The position numbers and the translations under genes are program-made. The notes under the pieces are model-generated. The model searched no databases and was not told where the DNA came from. It saw only the letters and a list, made by a program, of their open reading frames with translations. A stretch of DNA of 62,908 nucleotides, counting the filler. It is 5 parts of 5 records of this genome, joined end to end, with 100 filler letters (N's around TTAATTAATTAA, not from the genome) between each part and the next. Parts side by side here need not be neighbours in the genome. Positions count along the whole stretch, not along the records: positions 37,435 to 50,888 come from SRR20825010_2511; 4 more parts are not named here. One strand, given 5' to 3'. Below are positions 41,025-50,788 of the stretch, piece after piece (positions within the stretch are counted from its first letter, which is position 1; each line of letters starts with the position of its first letter).

Positions 41025-42116
41025 TCAACGACTGGCCCACCCGATGATGGTTTCCGGCCCGCCCTTCACAATAATGCGGCCTTCCTTCTGGCTGAGCTGG
41101 TAGTCATACATGGGGTCGTAGTAGTCCTGCAACAGTGCCTCGATCCATTCATGGTGCGCACCGGTCTCCCCGGTTCGGTGCTGGCGGTCGAGGGCATCCT
41201 CCATCATCTGCCGTAGTCGGCTATGGCGCTCACCGCCGAGGCGTTTCCGGATTCTGTCGAGGGCGCTGAGAAGGTAGTCGCGAAAGTTGAGCCAGCCTGC
41301 TTCTGTGCCGTCGCGTTCCACGTAGTCGTCCGTCATCTGGTCAACATAGTCTTCGCGGATGATTCGTACTCGCTCCTCGATCGGTTGATCCAGCACCATC
41401 AGGGGTGCTGCTGCCATTCGGTTTCTGAGGCTTTCCGGCAGGGCGCATCGGCCCACCAGTCTGCTTTCATCTTCCAAATACACCGTCCCGCCGACGTGAT
41501 GATGGGCCTTGAGCATGGCCACGGCCAGGCGGTTTTCGAAATCAATCTGTGACGGTTGGGACGTTACCTGACGACCGAAGCTGGAGCCACGATGGTTTGC
41601 CAACCTTTCAAGGTCAACAGGATTGGGCAATTGATTCAGCACGCGGGTTTTGCCGGTGCCGGTGCGGCCGCTGAGAATAACGAACTCGGACGATGCCGTG
41701 AGGGCTTCCAGGCTGTCGATCAGGAAGCGGCGCATGGCCTTGTAGCCACCCTGGATGAGCGGAAACTCGATGCCAGAGTCTTTGATCCACTGCCGGGTCA
41801 GCCGCGAACGCAGGCCGCCGCGGAAGCAGAACAGGTAGCCGTTCGGGTTTGTGGCGGTAAATCGCTTCCAGGCTTCGATGCGTTGCGCCTTGATATCCCC
41901 GGAAACCAGTTGGTGGCCCAGTTCAATGGCCTTGTCCTGACCTTTTTCCTTGTAGCAGATACCGACCCTGTGGCGTTCCTCGTCGTTCATCAGGGGCGCA
42001 TTGATAGCATTCGGGAAACTGCCCTTGCTGAACTCGATCGGGGCCCTTACGTCCATGAGCGGAACGTCGTTCAGGAACAGGGAGAGATAGTCGCTGGTAT
42101 CAGGTCTGGACGGCAT
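41025..42116 (-). CDS. mnmH: tRNA 2-selenouridine synthase
   Basis: Rhodanese DVRAPIEF...CFRGGLRS...GGYKA. P-loop GRTGTGKT, DLE.LANHRGSSFG, EDESRLVG, YYDPMY. Confidence 0.94.
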   Translation of the reverse strand: MPSRPDTSDYLSLFLNDVPLMDVRAPIEFSKGSFPNAINAPLMNDEERHRVGICYKEKGQDKAIELGHQLVSGDIKAQRIEAWKRFTATNPNGYLFCFRGGLRSRLTRQWIKDSGIEFPLIQGGYKAMRRFLIDSLEALTASSEFVILSGRTGTGKTRVLNQLPNPVDLERLANHRGSSFGRQVTSQPSQIDFENRLAVAMLKAHHHVGGTVYLEDESRLVGRCALPESLRNRMAAAPLMVLDQPIEERVRIIREDYVDQMTDDYVERDGTEAGWLNFRDYLLSALDRIRKRLGGERHSRLRQMMEDALDRQHRTGETGAHHEWIEALLQDYYDPMYDYQLSQKEGRIIVKGGPETIIGWASR

Positions 42117-42250
42117 GGCAGGTTTGGGTTCGTACGGGAAATGAGGCAGCAGTATAACGAACATGCTGGTTTTTTGCTCGCCTGCGGGTGTGCCGCCGCG
42201 CCGCTGCCGCTACAATGCGTGCCTTGCCATGCCTGTGTTCCGGAGTAACC

Positions 42251-42916
42251 ATGACCCCCGACATTCTAGATCAGCATCTTGGGAAAACCCTCAGCCGGGG
42301 GCAGGTTGCCGTTACAGCCCCGGCGGGTTGCCCCGACATCGTTCTCTACCTGTTCGACCCAGGAGTACTGGAAGGCCCACTAAGCCATGAAGAGGCGCAG
42401 GCGGTGGTTGCTGAGCCGGCGTACTGGTCGTTTTGCTGGGCCAGTGGACAGGTATTGGCGGCCTATATCCTCGCACATCCACATCTGGTGAAAGGCAAAA
42501 AGGTGTTGGATTTTGGATCCGGTTCCGGGGTGGTGGCTATTGCTGCCGCAATGGCCGGGGCGAGGGAGGCCATCGCCTGTGATATTGACCAGGCTGCACT
42601 GGATGCGGCAGCGGCGAACGCCAGGTTAAATGGCGTGTCGGTGACCCTGAGCGCCGATTGGGCAACGCGGCCGAGCGATGTGGACGTTGTGACCGCGGCG
42701 GACGTGTTGTATGACCCGGAAAATCGCCCGCTGCTGTCCGAGTTCAGGCGAGCCGCGCCTTTGGTGATACTGGCGGATTCTCGCTTGCGGAATCTGGGTG
42801 ACGACCACTACCGGCAGCAGGACGTAATCGAAGGCCGCACCTGGCCAGACCTGAATGAGTTTGAGGAGTTTAATCGGGTGCGGGTGTACCTGGCAGGCCA
42901 GAGCTCGATGACCTGA
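42251..42916 (+). CDS. Class I SAM-dependent methyltransferase (PrmA/METTL20-like)
   Basis: PAYWSFCWASGQVLA, VLDFGSGSGVVAIAA, CDID, NARLNG, ADVLY. Confidence 0.85.
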   Translation: MTPDILDQHLGKTLSRGQVAVTAPAGCPDIVLYLFDPGVLEGPLSHEEAQAVVAEPAYWSFCWASGQVLAAYILAHPHLVKGKKVLDFGSGSGVVAIAAAMAGAREAIACDIDQAALDAAAANARLNGVSVTLSADWATRPSDVDVVTAADVLYDPENRPLLSEFRRAAPLVILADSRLRNLGDDHYRQQDVIEGRTWPDLNEFEEFNRVRVYLAGQSSMT

Positions 42917-42925
42917 GAGCGGGCG

Positions 42926-42958
42926 AAAAAAAAGGGCAACCTTTCGGTTACCCTTTTT
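42926..42958. terminator. Intrinsic terminator of the Csr-type sRNA (also usable by the convergent methyltransferase)
   Basis: Minus strand AAAAAGGGTAACC-GAAA-GGTTGCCCTTTTTTTT. Confidence 0.9.
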
Positions 42959-43155
42959 CGGAACAGGTGTCGCGTCCCTGCGCTGTTGGCAACTACCTTG
43001 TTGCCGATTTCCCTTGCCAGTCCCTGGTGCCGGCGTCCGAGCCGGCGATCCGAAGAGGTCTCCCTTAAGCGAGCCATCCCTGTGTCCCTGCTTCTCCCTG
43101 CATCCAATTGCCGGGGTGCATCCAGTGCGTCGTCCATTTCCCTGTCATCCTTGAT
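42926..43155 (-). ncRNA. CsrB/RsmZ-type CsrA(RsmA)-sequestering small RNA (~230 nt)
   Basis: 14 GGA motifs, many as CAGGGA/AAGGA and several in short hairpin loops. Extended -10 upstream and a strong U-tailed terminator downstream. GacA and IHF boxes further upstream. Confidence 0.88.
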
Positions 43156-43161
43156 GTAAAC

Positions 43162-43341
43162 ACTATACCAACCGCAGTTTTACAAACATGTGAACTGTGC
43201 ACGCCAGAGCAGCTGTGCTGGTAGTGGTTTTGTTATAAGTTCTTTAATATCAGTTAATTGAGATATCGGCGGGTATTCCTGTCGGGGAAACCTACGCTAT
43301 GTCGCAGCAAGATCTTACGAGTTTGTAGGATATATCTCACA
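43162..43341 (-). promoter_or_regulatory. sRNA promoter: extended -10 (43162-43170), IHF-like site (43248-43260), GacA/UvrY box (43324-43341)
   Basis: TGGTATAGT. TATCAGTTAATTG fits WATCAR-N4-TTR. TGTGAGATATATCCTACA fits TGTAAG-N6-CTTACA with two mismatches. Confidence 0.75.
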
Positions 43342-43380
43342 CAAGTCCGGGTTGATGTCTCAAGTCCGGTGGGTGGTGCT

Positions 43381-43794
43381 TTATTGACGGCTGTTGGCGT
43401 GAACGATGGGCCGGTCGTTTTGCGTGTGTGGCCTTATAAATCCGGGACACGGTAGTAACCCGATAGCAATGCCTGCAGCGTCGGCGAGAATATCGGCAAT
43501 GGCAAAGGTGCGGTAGGGTAGCTGGGCCTGGACAAGCTCAATGCCCAGCCCGAACGCCAGCAGGCCGATGACAATCCACAGTTTCCTCAAGCCCGGCCAG
43601 GCCAGCCGGGTAACCACCGCCAACTGCAAGAATGCCAGCAGGTGATTGACTTTGTCGCTGGCTGCCGAGGGAATCGGGTAGGGCTGGCTGGTGGTTGCAA
43701 GGTAAATGATGGCGGCGGCCGAAAGAACCAGTATTGCCCGCCAAAAAGGCTGATACTCGAGCAGAATCAGAATGCGTTGCCTCAGGAATGCCAT
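43381..43794 (-). CDS. VanZ-family membrane protein
   Basis: DKVNHLLAF, GIELVQ..LPYR, DILADAAG. Confidence 0.85.
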   Translation of the reverse strand: MAFLRQRILILLEYQPFWRAILVLSAAAIIYLATTSQPYPIPSAASDKVNHLLAFLQLAVVTRLAWPGLRKLWIVIGLLAFGLGIELVQAQLPYRTFAIADILADAAGIAIGLLPCPGFIRPHTQNDRPIVHANSRQ

Positions 43795-43878
43795 GGTCAC
43801 CGTCGGGCTGTGGTGGAGTTTGCAACATGATATGCTTTGCGCCCCGTCACTGTCATCGAAGCTGAGGTGCTGCGAGGT

Positions 43879-44634
43879 ATGTTGAAAGGTAATTTTTTCC
43901 GCGGCCTGGGTTACCTTGGAGAAGGGTTCCGGCTGATACGGCAGCCTGGACTGAGATTGTTCGTTGTTATCCCCCTGGTTATTAATATTCTGTTATTCGG
44001 CCTACTGTTCTACTTTCTGGCTGAACTCTTTGCAGCGATGATTGCCACAGCCATGAGCTGGTTACCGGATTGGGCGTGGCTACAAAGCCTCGACTGGTTG
44101 TTCTGGATTCTCTACGGCGCCGTCATCCTGTTGATGTTGGCTTACGGGTTCGTGATCCTGGCGAACCTCATCGGCTCGCCCTTCTACGGTTACCTCGCGG
44201 AACTGACGGAAAAGCACCTGACCGGTCAGGAGGTCAGCACCGATGATGGCTGGAGCCAGATCATACGGGATATTCCCCGCTCTCTCTGGCGGGAGGTGCA
44301 GAAAATCCTCTACTACCTGCCCAGGGCCATTGGCCTTTTCATCATCGGTGTTATCCCGGTGGTCAATCTGGTGGCGGCCGTGCTGTGGTTCGTCTTCAAT
44401 TGCTGGATGATGTCGCTGCAGTACGTGGACTACCCGGCGGACAACCATCGGGTCAGTTTCCCGGCCTTGCGGCGGCTACTGGGTGACACTCGCCTGTCGG
44501 CCCTCGGGTTTGGCCTGCCGGTGGCATTGGCGGCCATGGTGCCGGTGCTGAACCTGGTGGTGGTGCCTGCCGCGGTTTGTGGTGCCACCGCCTATTGGGT
44601 GCGTGAGAACGGTCCCTCGAACACAGACGTATAA
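43879..44634 (+). CDS. cysZ: Sulfate transporter CysZ
   Basis: PGLRLFVVIPLVIN, ANLIGSPFYGYLAE, WMMSLQYVDYPADNH, PAAVCGAT. Confidence 0.92.
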   Translation: MLKGNFFRGLGYLGEGFRLIRQPGLRLFVVIPLVINILLFGLLFYFLAELFAAMIATAMSWLPDWAWLQSLDWLFWILYGAVILLMLAYGFVILANLIGSPFYGYLAELTEKHLTGQEVSTDDGWSQIIRDIPRSLWREVQKILYYLPRAIGLFIIGVIPVVNLVAAVLWFVFNCWMMSLQYVDYPADNHRVSFPALRRLLGDTRLSALGFGLPVALAAMVPVLNLVVVPAAVCGATAYWVRENGPSNTDV

Positions 44635-44669
44635 AGCAGTTACGGTGATTTAAATCTGTCGGAGGTTTC

Positions 44670-47534
44670 TTGGATACATCGGAATTTGTAATTGGTCAGC
44701 GCTGGGTCAGCCACAGCGATACCGCGCTCGGCCTTGGTATTGTCACGGACATCTCAGGCCGCCGTGTAACGCTGGGTTTCCCGGCGGCGGATGAGGAGCG
44801 CACCTACGCCATCGACAATGCTCCGCTGTCGAGGATCATCTACCAGATTGGCGAGGCTATCGAAACCTTCGATGGCGAACGTTACATCGTGAGGGCCGTG
44901 GAGGATATCGGCGGTGTGCTGATGTACCACGCCGATGACGGCGGAGAGAACCTGATCCATGTTTCCGAGGTAAAACTCAGCAGTTCCGTGGACTTTTCCG
45001 CCCCCCACCAACGGCTGTTTGCCGGCCAGTTTGATCGCAATGGTGCGTTTCGCCTGCGGATGGCCACCGCGCAACACCTTGACCGGTTACGTGCATCCTC
45101 GGCTCAGGGCCTGATCGGTGCGCGCACGCAGCACTTGCCACACCAGATTTACATTGCCCACGAAGTGGCAACACGATACGCCCCCCGGGTTCTGCTGGCG
45201 GACGAAGTGGGGTTGGGCAAAACCATTGAGGCCGGCCTGATTCTTCACTATCAGCTGCACACCAGTCGTGCCCGTCGGGTGCTTATCGTGGTGCCGGATT
45301 CATTGATGCATCAGTGGTTGGTGGAAATGCTGCGGCGGTTCAACCTGCGATTCTCGATCATTGATCGCAGCCAGTATGAGGCCATGGAGGATCTGGAGGG
45401 GTTGTCGGAAGAGGATGACGACCTGACCGATGCCGATGAAAACCCGTTTGAGAGTGAACAGCTTGCACTGTGCAGCCTGGATTTCCTGATGACCAGCGAA
45501 CAGGCCCAGGCGGATGCCATTGCCGCCGGTTGGGACCTGATGGTGGTGGATGAGGCCCATCACCTGGCCTGGAGCCCGGAGGTGGCGAGCCCTGAATATC
45601 GGCTGATTGAGCAGCTTTCAGAAGCCAGCAATGGCTTGTTGCTGTTGACCGCAACCCCGGAGCAGGTGGGGGTGGCCAGCCACTTCGCTCGCTTGCGGTT
45701 ACTGGACCCGGCACGCTTTCACGATCTGGAGACTTTCCGGGAAGAGGAAAAGCAGTACGAAGTGATCAATGGGGTGGTTTCCCATATCCGAGAGCAAGGC
45801 ATAACCGCTGTCTCCGACACGGATCGGAAAGCCCTCGAGGGCTGGCTGGGTGATGAGCTGGAAGGTTTGATGGCGTCCCAGGAGCCGGCACAGGCCGTGG
45901 TTGATGCATTGCTGGACCGTCACGGTACCGGTCGTGTGCTGTTCCGGAACACCCGCGCCGCCATCAAGGGGTTCCCGGAGCGCCATCCGCTACCGGTTGC
46001 GTTACCCTGCCCGGAACTCTACCAGCAGGGAGATGTTTGTCAGGGGGTAGCCGGGTTAACGCCCGAAACGGCTGTGGACGAAGAACAATGGCTGGCGGAA
46101 GATCCCCGTGTCGCCTGGCTGGAGAAGACCCTGACCGGCCTGAAGCCGGCCAAGGTGGTGGTGATCTGTGCCCACGCCTCGACCGCCATGGCTCTGGAGC
46201 ACTACCTGCAACTGCGTGCCGGTATCCGCAGCGCTGCCTTCCATGAACATCTGAGCCTGATCGAGCGGGATCGCGCCGCAGCTTACTTCGCTGATACTGA
46301 ACAGGGCGCCCAAGCACTGATCTGCTCGGAAATCGGCAGTGAGGGCCGCAATTTCCAGTTTGCCCATCACCTGATCCTGTTCGATCTGCCCGCCAACCCG
46401 GACTTGCTGGAACAGCGCATCGGCCGGCTCGACCGAATTGGCCAGACCGACACCATCGACATCCATATCCCCTACTTGCAGGGAACGGCCCAGGAGGTCC
46501 AGTACCGCTGGTTTGAGGAAGGCTTGAACGCGTTCAATGAAAGTTGCTCCGTGGGTGTCGCGGTCCACGATCATGTGGCCGCGCAGTGGCAAGCCGTCAT
46601 TGATGGTGCGACGGATGACCTGCCGGCGCTGGTGGATGCTTCGCTGGCTGAGGCCCAGCGCCTGCGTACGTTGCTGCGCAACGGTCGCGACGCGCTCATC
46701 GAGCTTAACTCCTGCCGTCCGGACGTGGCAGAGGCGTTGATCAGCCAGATTGAATCCGAGGAAGAATCCGCCCAGGTCCGTGACTATATGATCGAGGCCT
46801 GCGATATCCTCGGCGTTGATGTCGAGGATCATTCCGAGCATGCCGACGTGCTGAGACCGGGCGAGCAATACCAGGCCGGACATGTGACCGAACTGCCGGA
46901 AGACGGCCTGACCGTTACCTGGAGTCGTCAGCAGGCCCTTGAGCGCGAAGACATGGCCTTCATGAGCTGGGAGCATCCACTGGTGACCGGCATCATGGAA
47001 TCGGTCACCAGTTCCGGGCTGGGTAAGGCGGCCCTGGCCAGTATGGCGGTCAAGGCGCTGCCACCCGGCACCCTGTTGCTGGAGGCCCTGTATACCGTGC
47101 ATTGCCCGGCGCCTGAATCGCTGCAGTTGTCCCGTTACCTGCCAGTCTCGCCGTTGAGGCTGCTGGTGGATGTGAACGGGCGTGACTTGTCGGCAACCCT
47201 GCCGCATGACCGGCTCAACGATATGTGCTCGAACATCCGCAGGCGCACCGCCCAGGCCATCGTGCCGCAGATTCGCCCGCAGGTGGAAACCATGGTCGAT
47301 CATGCCGAACGCCTTGCCGAGCCGCACCTGGAACCTCTGAAGACGTCGGCCCTGGCCCAGGTCAGAGACGTGTTCGGCCCGGAAATCCAGCGTCTTGAGG
47401 CGATGAAGAAGGTCAATCCGACCATTCGTGACGACGAAATCGATTTCTTCTGTAAACAGTTGGACGCCGCGGAGACGTTACTGGGGCAGGCCAGCCTGTC
47501 CCTGGAAGGCATTCGCGTGATTGTAACTGCCTGA
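44670..47534 (+). CDS. rapA: RNA polymerase-associated SNF2-family ATPase RapA
   Basis: GQRWVS, PRVLLADEVGLGKTIEAG, DEAHHL, LTATPEQ, DRHGTGRVLFRNTR, CSEIGSEGRNFQF, LEQRIGRLDRIGQ. Confidence 0.96.
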   Translation: MDTSEFVIGQRWVSHSDTALGLGIVTDISGRRVTLGFPAADEERTYAIDNAPLSRIIYQIGEAIETFDGERYIVRAVEDIGGVLMYHADDGGENLIHVSEVKLSSSVDFSAPHQRLFAGQFDRNGAFRLRMATAQHLDRLRASSAQGLIGARTQHLPHQIYIAHEVATRYAPRVLLADEVGLGKTIEAGLILHYQLHTSRARRVLIVVPDSLMHQWLVEMLRRFNLRFSIIDRSQYEAMEDLEGLSEEDDDLTDADENPFESEQLALCSLDFLMTSEQAQADAIAAGWDLMVVDEAHHLAWSPEVASPEYRLIEQLSEASNGLLLLTATPEQVGVASHFARLRLLDPARFHDLETFREEEKQYEVINGVVSHIREQGITAVSDTDRKALEGWLGDELEGLMASQEPAQAVVDALLDRHGTGRVLFRNTRAAIKGFPERHPLPVALPCPELYQQGDVCQGVAGLTPETAVDEEQWLAEDPRVAWLEKTLTGLKPAKVVVICAHASTAMALEHYLQLRAGIRSAAFHEHLSLIERDRAAAYFADTEQGAQALICSEIGSEGRNFQFAHHLILFDLPANPDLLEQRIGRLDRIGQTDTIDIHIPYLQGTAQEVQYRWFEEGLNAFNESCSVGVAVHDHVAAQWQAVIDGATDDLPALVDASLAEAQRLRTLLRNGRDALIELNSCRPDVAEALISQIESEEESAQVRDYMIEACDILGVDVEDHSEHADVLRPGEQYQAGHVTELPEDGLTVTWSRQQALEREDMAFMSWEHPLVTGIMESVTSSGLGKAALASMAVKALPPGTLLLEALYTVHCPAPESLQLSRYLPVSPLRLLVDVNGRDLSATLPHDRLNDMCSNIRRRTAQAIVPQIRPQVETMVDHAERLAEPHLEPLKTSALAQVRDVFGPEIQRLEAMKKVNPTIRDDEIDFFCKQLDAAETLLGQASLSLEGIRVIVTA

Positions 47535-47634
47535 TGGTGAACCAGTTGCTGGTCAGGATTCATCTGATCAGGTAGGTTGAACGTAACAGAATGTAGTTTT
47601 TGACATTCAAAACCACGGACGACAGAGAGTATCC

Positions 47635-50091
47635 ATGATGACTTTCATACTGTTTCTTGCTGCTGTTACCGGCCTTCTTGTTGTGATGCGCAAGGAATCC
47701 GGTGCCAAACCCGCTATCGGGGTGATGGTGGTAACAGGCGTGCTTTCGCTTTTCCTGGCGTCGGGATTGCTCGCGCTCATACTGTTTATCGGCGCCGCCG
47801 TTACCGCCGCTGCAGGTCTGCCGGGATTTCGCCGGAGCTGGCTGACCCCGCGGGTATTCGCCATGTTCAAGAAAGTGGCTCCCAAGGTGTCCGATACCGA
47901 AAAAGTGGCCCTGGAAGCGGGGACCGTCAGTTGGGATGGCGAGCTGTTTACCGGGCGCCCCGACTGGCACAGCCTGCTGATCAACCGCAACACGGGCCTG
48001 TCTGAGAAAGAGCAGGCCTTTGTGGACAACCAGTGCACCCAGGCCATTTCCATGTGTAACGCCTGGGACCTGGCCGTTGAACGTGCTGATCTGCCGGCGG
48101 ATTTGTGGGAGTTCCTCAAGAAAGAGAAATTCTTCGGCATGATCATTCCCGAGGAATACGGCGGCCTGCACTTCTCCGCCAAGGCCCAGACAGCGGTGTT
48201 GCAGAAGCTGGCGGCCAACGAAATGCTGATGGTCACCGTGGGCGTGCCCAACTCCCTCGGCCCTGGTGAGCTACTGGTCAAGTACGGCACCGACGAACAG
48301 AAGAACCACTATCTGCCCCGGTTGGCGGATGGTCGCGAAATTCCCTGCTTCGGCTTGACTGGCCCCCGCGCCGGTTCCGACGCCACCTCGCTGCCGGACA
48401 CTGGTGTGGTCTGCAAGGGCGAGTTCGAGGGCAAGGAAGTGCTGGGCCTGCGTCTCAACTTCGAGAAGCGCTGGATTACCCTGGCGCCGGTTGCGACTGT
48501 GGTTGGTCTCGCCTTCCGCATGTTCGACCCCGACGGGCTGCTCGGTGACACCAAGGACTATGGCATTACCTGTGCGCTGATTCCCCGCAATACCAAGGGC
48601 ATGGAAATCGGCCGCCGGCATTGTCCCATCGGCACACCATTCATGAACGGCCCCATCAAGGGCACCGACGTGTTCATTCCGCTGGATTACATCATCGGTG
48701 GCCAGGAAATGGCGGGGCAGGGCTGGCGCATGCTGGTTGAGTGTCTGTCCGTCGGACGCTGCATCACCTTGCCATCCGGCGCGGCCGGAGCGGCTGCCTA
48801 CTCCGTGGGCACCGCTGGCGGCTTCACCCGCATCCGTCGCCAGTTCAATACCCCGGTGGCAGACATGGAAGGCGTGCAGGAGCCTCTGGCCCGCATTGCT
48901 GCCAAAACCTACATCGCCCAGTCGGCAGTGAACCACACCGCGAACATGATCGACAAAGGCGAAAAACCGGCGGTGCCGTCGGCGATTCTCAAGTACCACC
49001 TGACCGAATTCCAGCGCGGTGTCCTGACCGACGCTATGGATGTGCATGGTGGTAAGACGGTCACCCTTGGCCCCCGCAACTACCTGGGTATCGGCTTCAG
49101 TGGTGCGGCGGTTTCCATCACTGTGGAAGGCGCCAACATCATGACCCGCAGCCTGATGATCTTCGGTCAGGGTGCAATACGCTGTCATCCCTATGTACTG
49201 AAGGAACTGGCGGCCAAAGACAACGATGACATCGACGCGTTCGACGATGCCTTTTTCGGCCACGCTGGCCTGATCTTCGGCAACGCTGCTCGTGCGTTCA
49301 CCCAGGCTCTGGGTATCGGCAAACCCGACGTGCCGTTTGACCACAATGCACGCAAATACGCTCAGGGTGTGGCCCGCTTTAGCGCCGCCTTCGGCCTGTG
49401 TGCCGACGCCGCGATGACCACGCTGGGGTCGGAACTGAAAATGCGTGAGCTGATTTCCGCCCGCCTTGGTGATGTGCTGGCCAATCTTTACCTGGCCTCC
49501 ATGGTGCTCAAGAACTGGCATGAAACCCAGCCGGTTGACGGTGAGCGCGACCTGATGGAGTACAGCATGGCGCTGTTGCTGAACCGAGCGGAAACCGCCA
49601 TGGAAGAATTCCTCCAGAACCTTCCTAACCGCCCGGTCGCTATGGCCTTGCGTGCCATCACCATGCCCCTCGGCCGTCGTTGGGACCAGCCCCATGATGA
49701 TCTGGCCCGCAAACTGGCAAAAGCCATCTCCACCGACAGCCCCGTGCGGGAGAAGCTGTTGGCCGGCGCCTGGACGACGGCTGGAGAAGGCAAGGGTGCG
49801 GTTGAGAATCCCATTGCTCAGTACAACTATTTGCTGAAGGATTACGACAAGGCCGAACAGCTGTATCGCAAAGTCACCAAGGCGTATGCCAAGGGCCAGT
49901 TGCCGATGGACGCGCTGCATCCGGAAGAACGCTTCGAAGCCGCACTGGAAGCGGACATCTTCACCAAGGAAGAGGCCGAGTTTATGCGCGAGTACGAAGC
50001 CGTGGTCCTGGAAATGCTGACCGTCGACGACTTCCCGTTCGACGAGTTTGCTCGTAACAAAGACACGCTGATCGACCACAACCCGGCCTGA
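47635..50091 (+). CDS. fadE: Acyl-CoA dehydrogenase FadE (long, membrane-anchored type)
   Basis: VPNSLGPGELL, CFGLTGPRAGSDA, KRWITLAPVAT, ECLSVGR, ITVEGANIMTRSLMIFGQGAIRCHPY. Confidence 0.94.
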   Translation: MMTFILFLAAVTGLLVVMRKESGAKPAIGVMVVTGVLSLFLASGLLALILFIGAAVTAAAGLPGFRRSWLTPRVFAMFKKVAPKVSDTEKVALEAGTVSWDGELFTGRPDWHSLLINRNTGLSEKEQAFVDNQCTQAISMCNAWDLAVERADLPADLWEFLKKEKFFGMIIPEEYGGLHFSAKAQTAVLQKLAANEMLMVTVGVPNSLGPGELLVKYGTDEQKNHYLPRLADGREIPCFGLTGPRAGSDATSLPDTGVVCKGEFEGKEVLGLRLNFEKRWITLAPVATVVGLAFRMFDPDGLLGDTKDYGITCALIPRNTKGMEIGRRHCPIGTPFMNGPIKGTDVFIPLDYIIGGQEMAGQGWRMLVECLSVGRCITLPSGAAGAAAYSVGTAGGFTRIRRQFNTPVADMEGVQEPLARIAAKTYIAQSAVNHTANMIDKGEKPAVPSAILKYHLTEFQRGVLTDAMDVHGGKTVTLGPRNYLGIGFSGAAVSITVEGANIMTRSLMIFGQGAIRCHPYVLKELAAKDNDDIDAFDDAFFGHAGLIFGNAARAFTQALGIGKPDVPFDHNARKYAQGVARFSAAFGLCADAAMTTLGSELKMRELISARLGDVLANLYLASMVLKNWHETQPVDGERDLMEYSMALLLNRAETAMEEFLQNLPNRPVAMALRAITMPLGRRWDQPHDDLARKLAKAISTDSPVREKLLAGAWTTAGEGKGAVENPIAQYNYLLKDYDKAEQLYRKVTKAYAKGQLPMDALHPEERFEAALEADIFTKEEAEFMREYEAVVLEMLTVDDFPFDEFARNKDTLIDHNPA

Positions 50092-50119
50092 CAGAGGGTA
50101 TAGGGGTTTGGATTGAGGA

Positions 50120-50141
50120 TGCCGGATGGCAACATCCGGCA
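50120..50141. other. GC-rich hairpin between fadE and crcB (terminator or mRNA stabiliser)
   Basis: TGCCGGATG-GCAA-CATCCGGCA, with no U-tract. Confidence 0.5.
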
Positions 50142-50168
50142 GACACCAAATCATGAGGTAATTTGGGA

Positions 50169-50549
50169 ATGTGGCTATCAATCCTGGCCGTAAGCGCCGG
50201 AGCCGTCATCGGCGCTAACCTGAGATGGGCACTGGGCCTTTGGCTCAACAGCAGCTACCACGCCATTCCCTACGGCACCCTCGCCGCCAACCTCTCCGGC
50301 GGCTGGCTTGTTGGCCTGCTTATTGGCTATTTCGTTCATGGCACCTCGTTGGCACCGGAGTGGCGCCTGTTTGCCATTACCGGCCTTTGCGGCGCCCTGA
50401 CCACCTTCTCCACCTTCTCCCTGGAAATGCTTTCCACTATCCAGGAAGGCAAATGGAGCATGGCTCTGGCTGGAATTCTGGCCCATGTTGTTGGCTCTAT
50501 CCTCATGACAGCACTGGGAATTTACACCTTCGGGCTGGTCCGGGGATGA
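50169..50549 (+). CDS. crcB: Fluoride channel Fluc/CrcB
   Basis: GAVIGANLRW, PYGTLAANL.G, TGLCGALTTFSTFSLE. Confidence 0.93.
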   Translation: MWLSILAVSAGAVIGANLRWALGLWLNSSYHAIPYGTLAANLSGGWLVGLLIGYFVHGTSLAPEWRLFAITGLCGALTTFSTFSLEMLSTIQEGKWSMALAGILAHVVGSILMTALGIYTFGLVRG

Positions 50550-50586
50550 TGGGTAACACTACGTACGGAATAAATGAAAAATACGC

Positions 50587-50788
50587 TTGGCAATCCCAAA
50601 AACAAAGAGTAGAGTTATTTACGTAGGAAAGATTCAGTAAAGCTTTCATGAATAAGACGTACCTCCGCAGTTAGTAGTGACCGTCCTGTTTTTGATTCCG
50701 CGAATTCTGTATTTCCGTAAACGCTGATCAGGCATCACGACGATGGCCTGGCGGCAAGATAAAATGATTGATTTCAGGAAGTTTAAGT
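50587..50788 (+). promoter_or_regulatory. Sigma70-like promoter and long (~165 nt) 5' UTR of a cold-shock gene
   Basis: TTGGCA-N17-TAGAGT at 50587-50615, then a long leader before the ATG at 50789. Confidence 0.5.

Noticed and set aside
42808-43137. 109-aa ORF over the GGA-rich region
   Set aside because: It crosses a strong terminator and overlaps the methyltransferase. The sRNA interpretation explains the sequence far better.
47598-47612. TTTTGA-CAT-TCAAAA palindrome before fadE as a fatty-acid regulator site
   Set aside because: Short and low-complexity, and it does not match the FadR or PsrA consensus as I know them.
50092-50168. Fluoride riboswitch upstream of crcB
   Set aside because: No GGCGATGG..TCGCC or GCTGATG..CCT elements, only a simple hairpin.
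48271-50181. 636-aa antisense ORF opposite fadE (likewise 46056-47327 opposite rapA and 28353-29411 opposite the NRPS)
   Set aside because: Shadow ORFs expected from GC-biased codon usage of well-supported genes, with no recognisable motifs.
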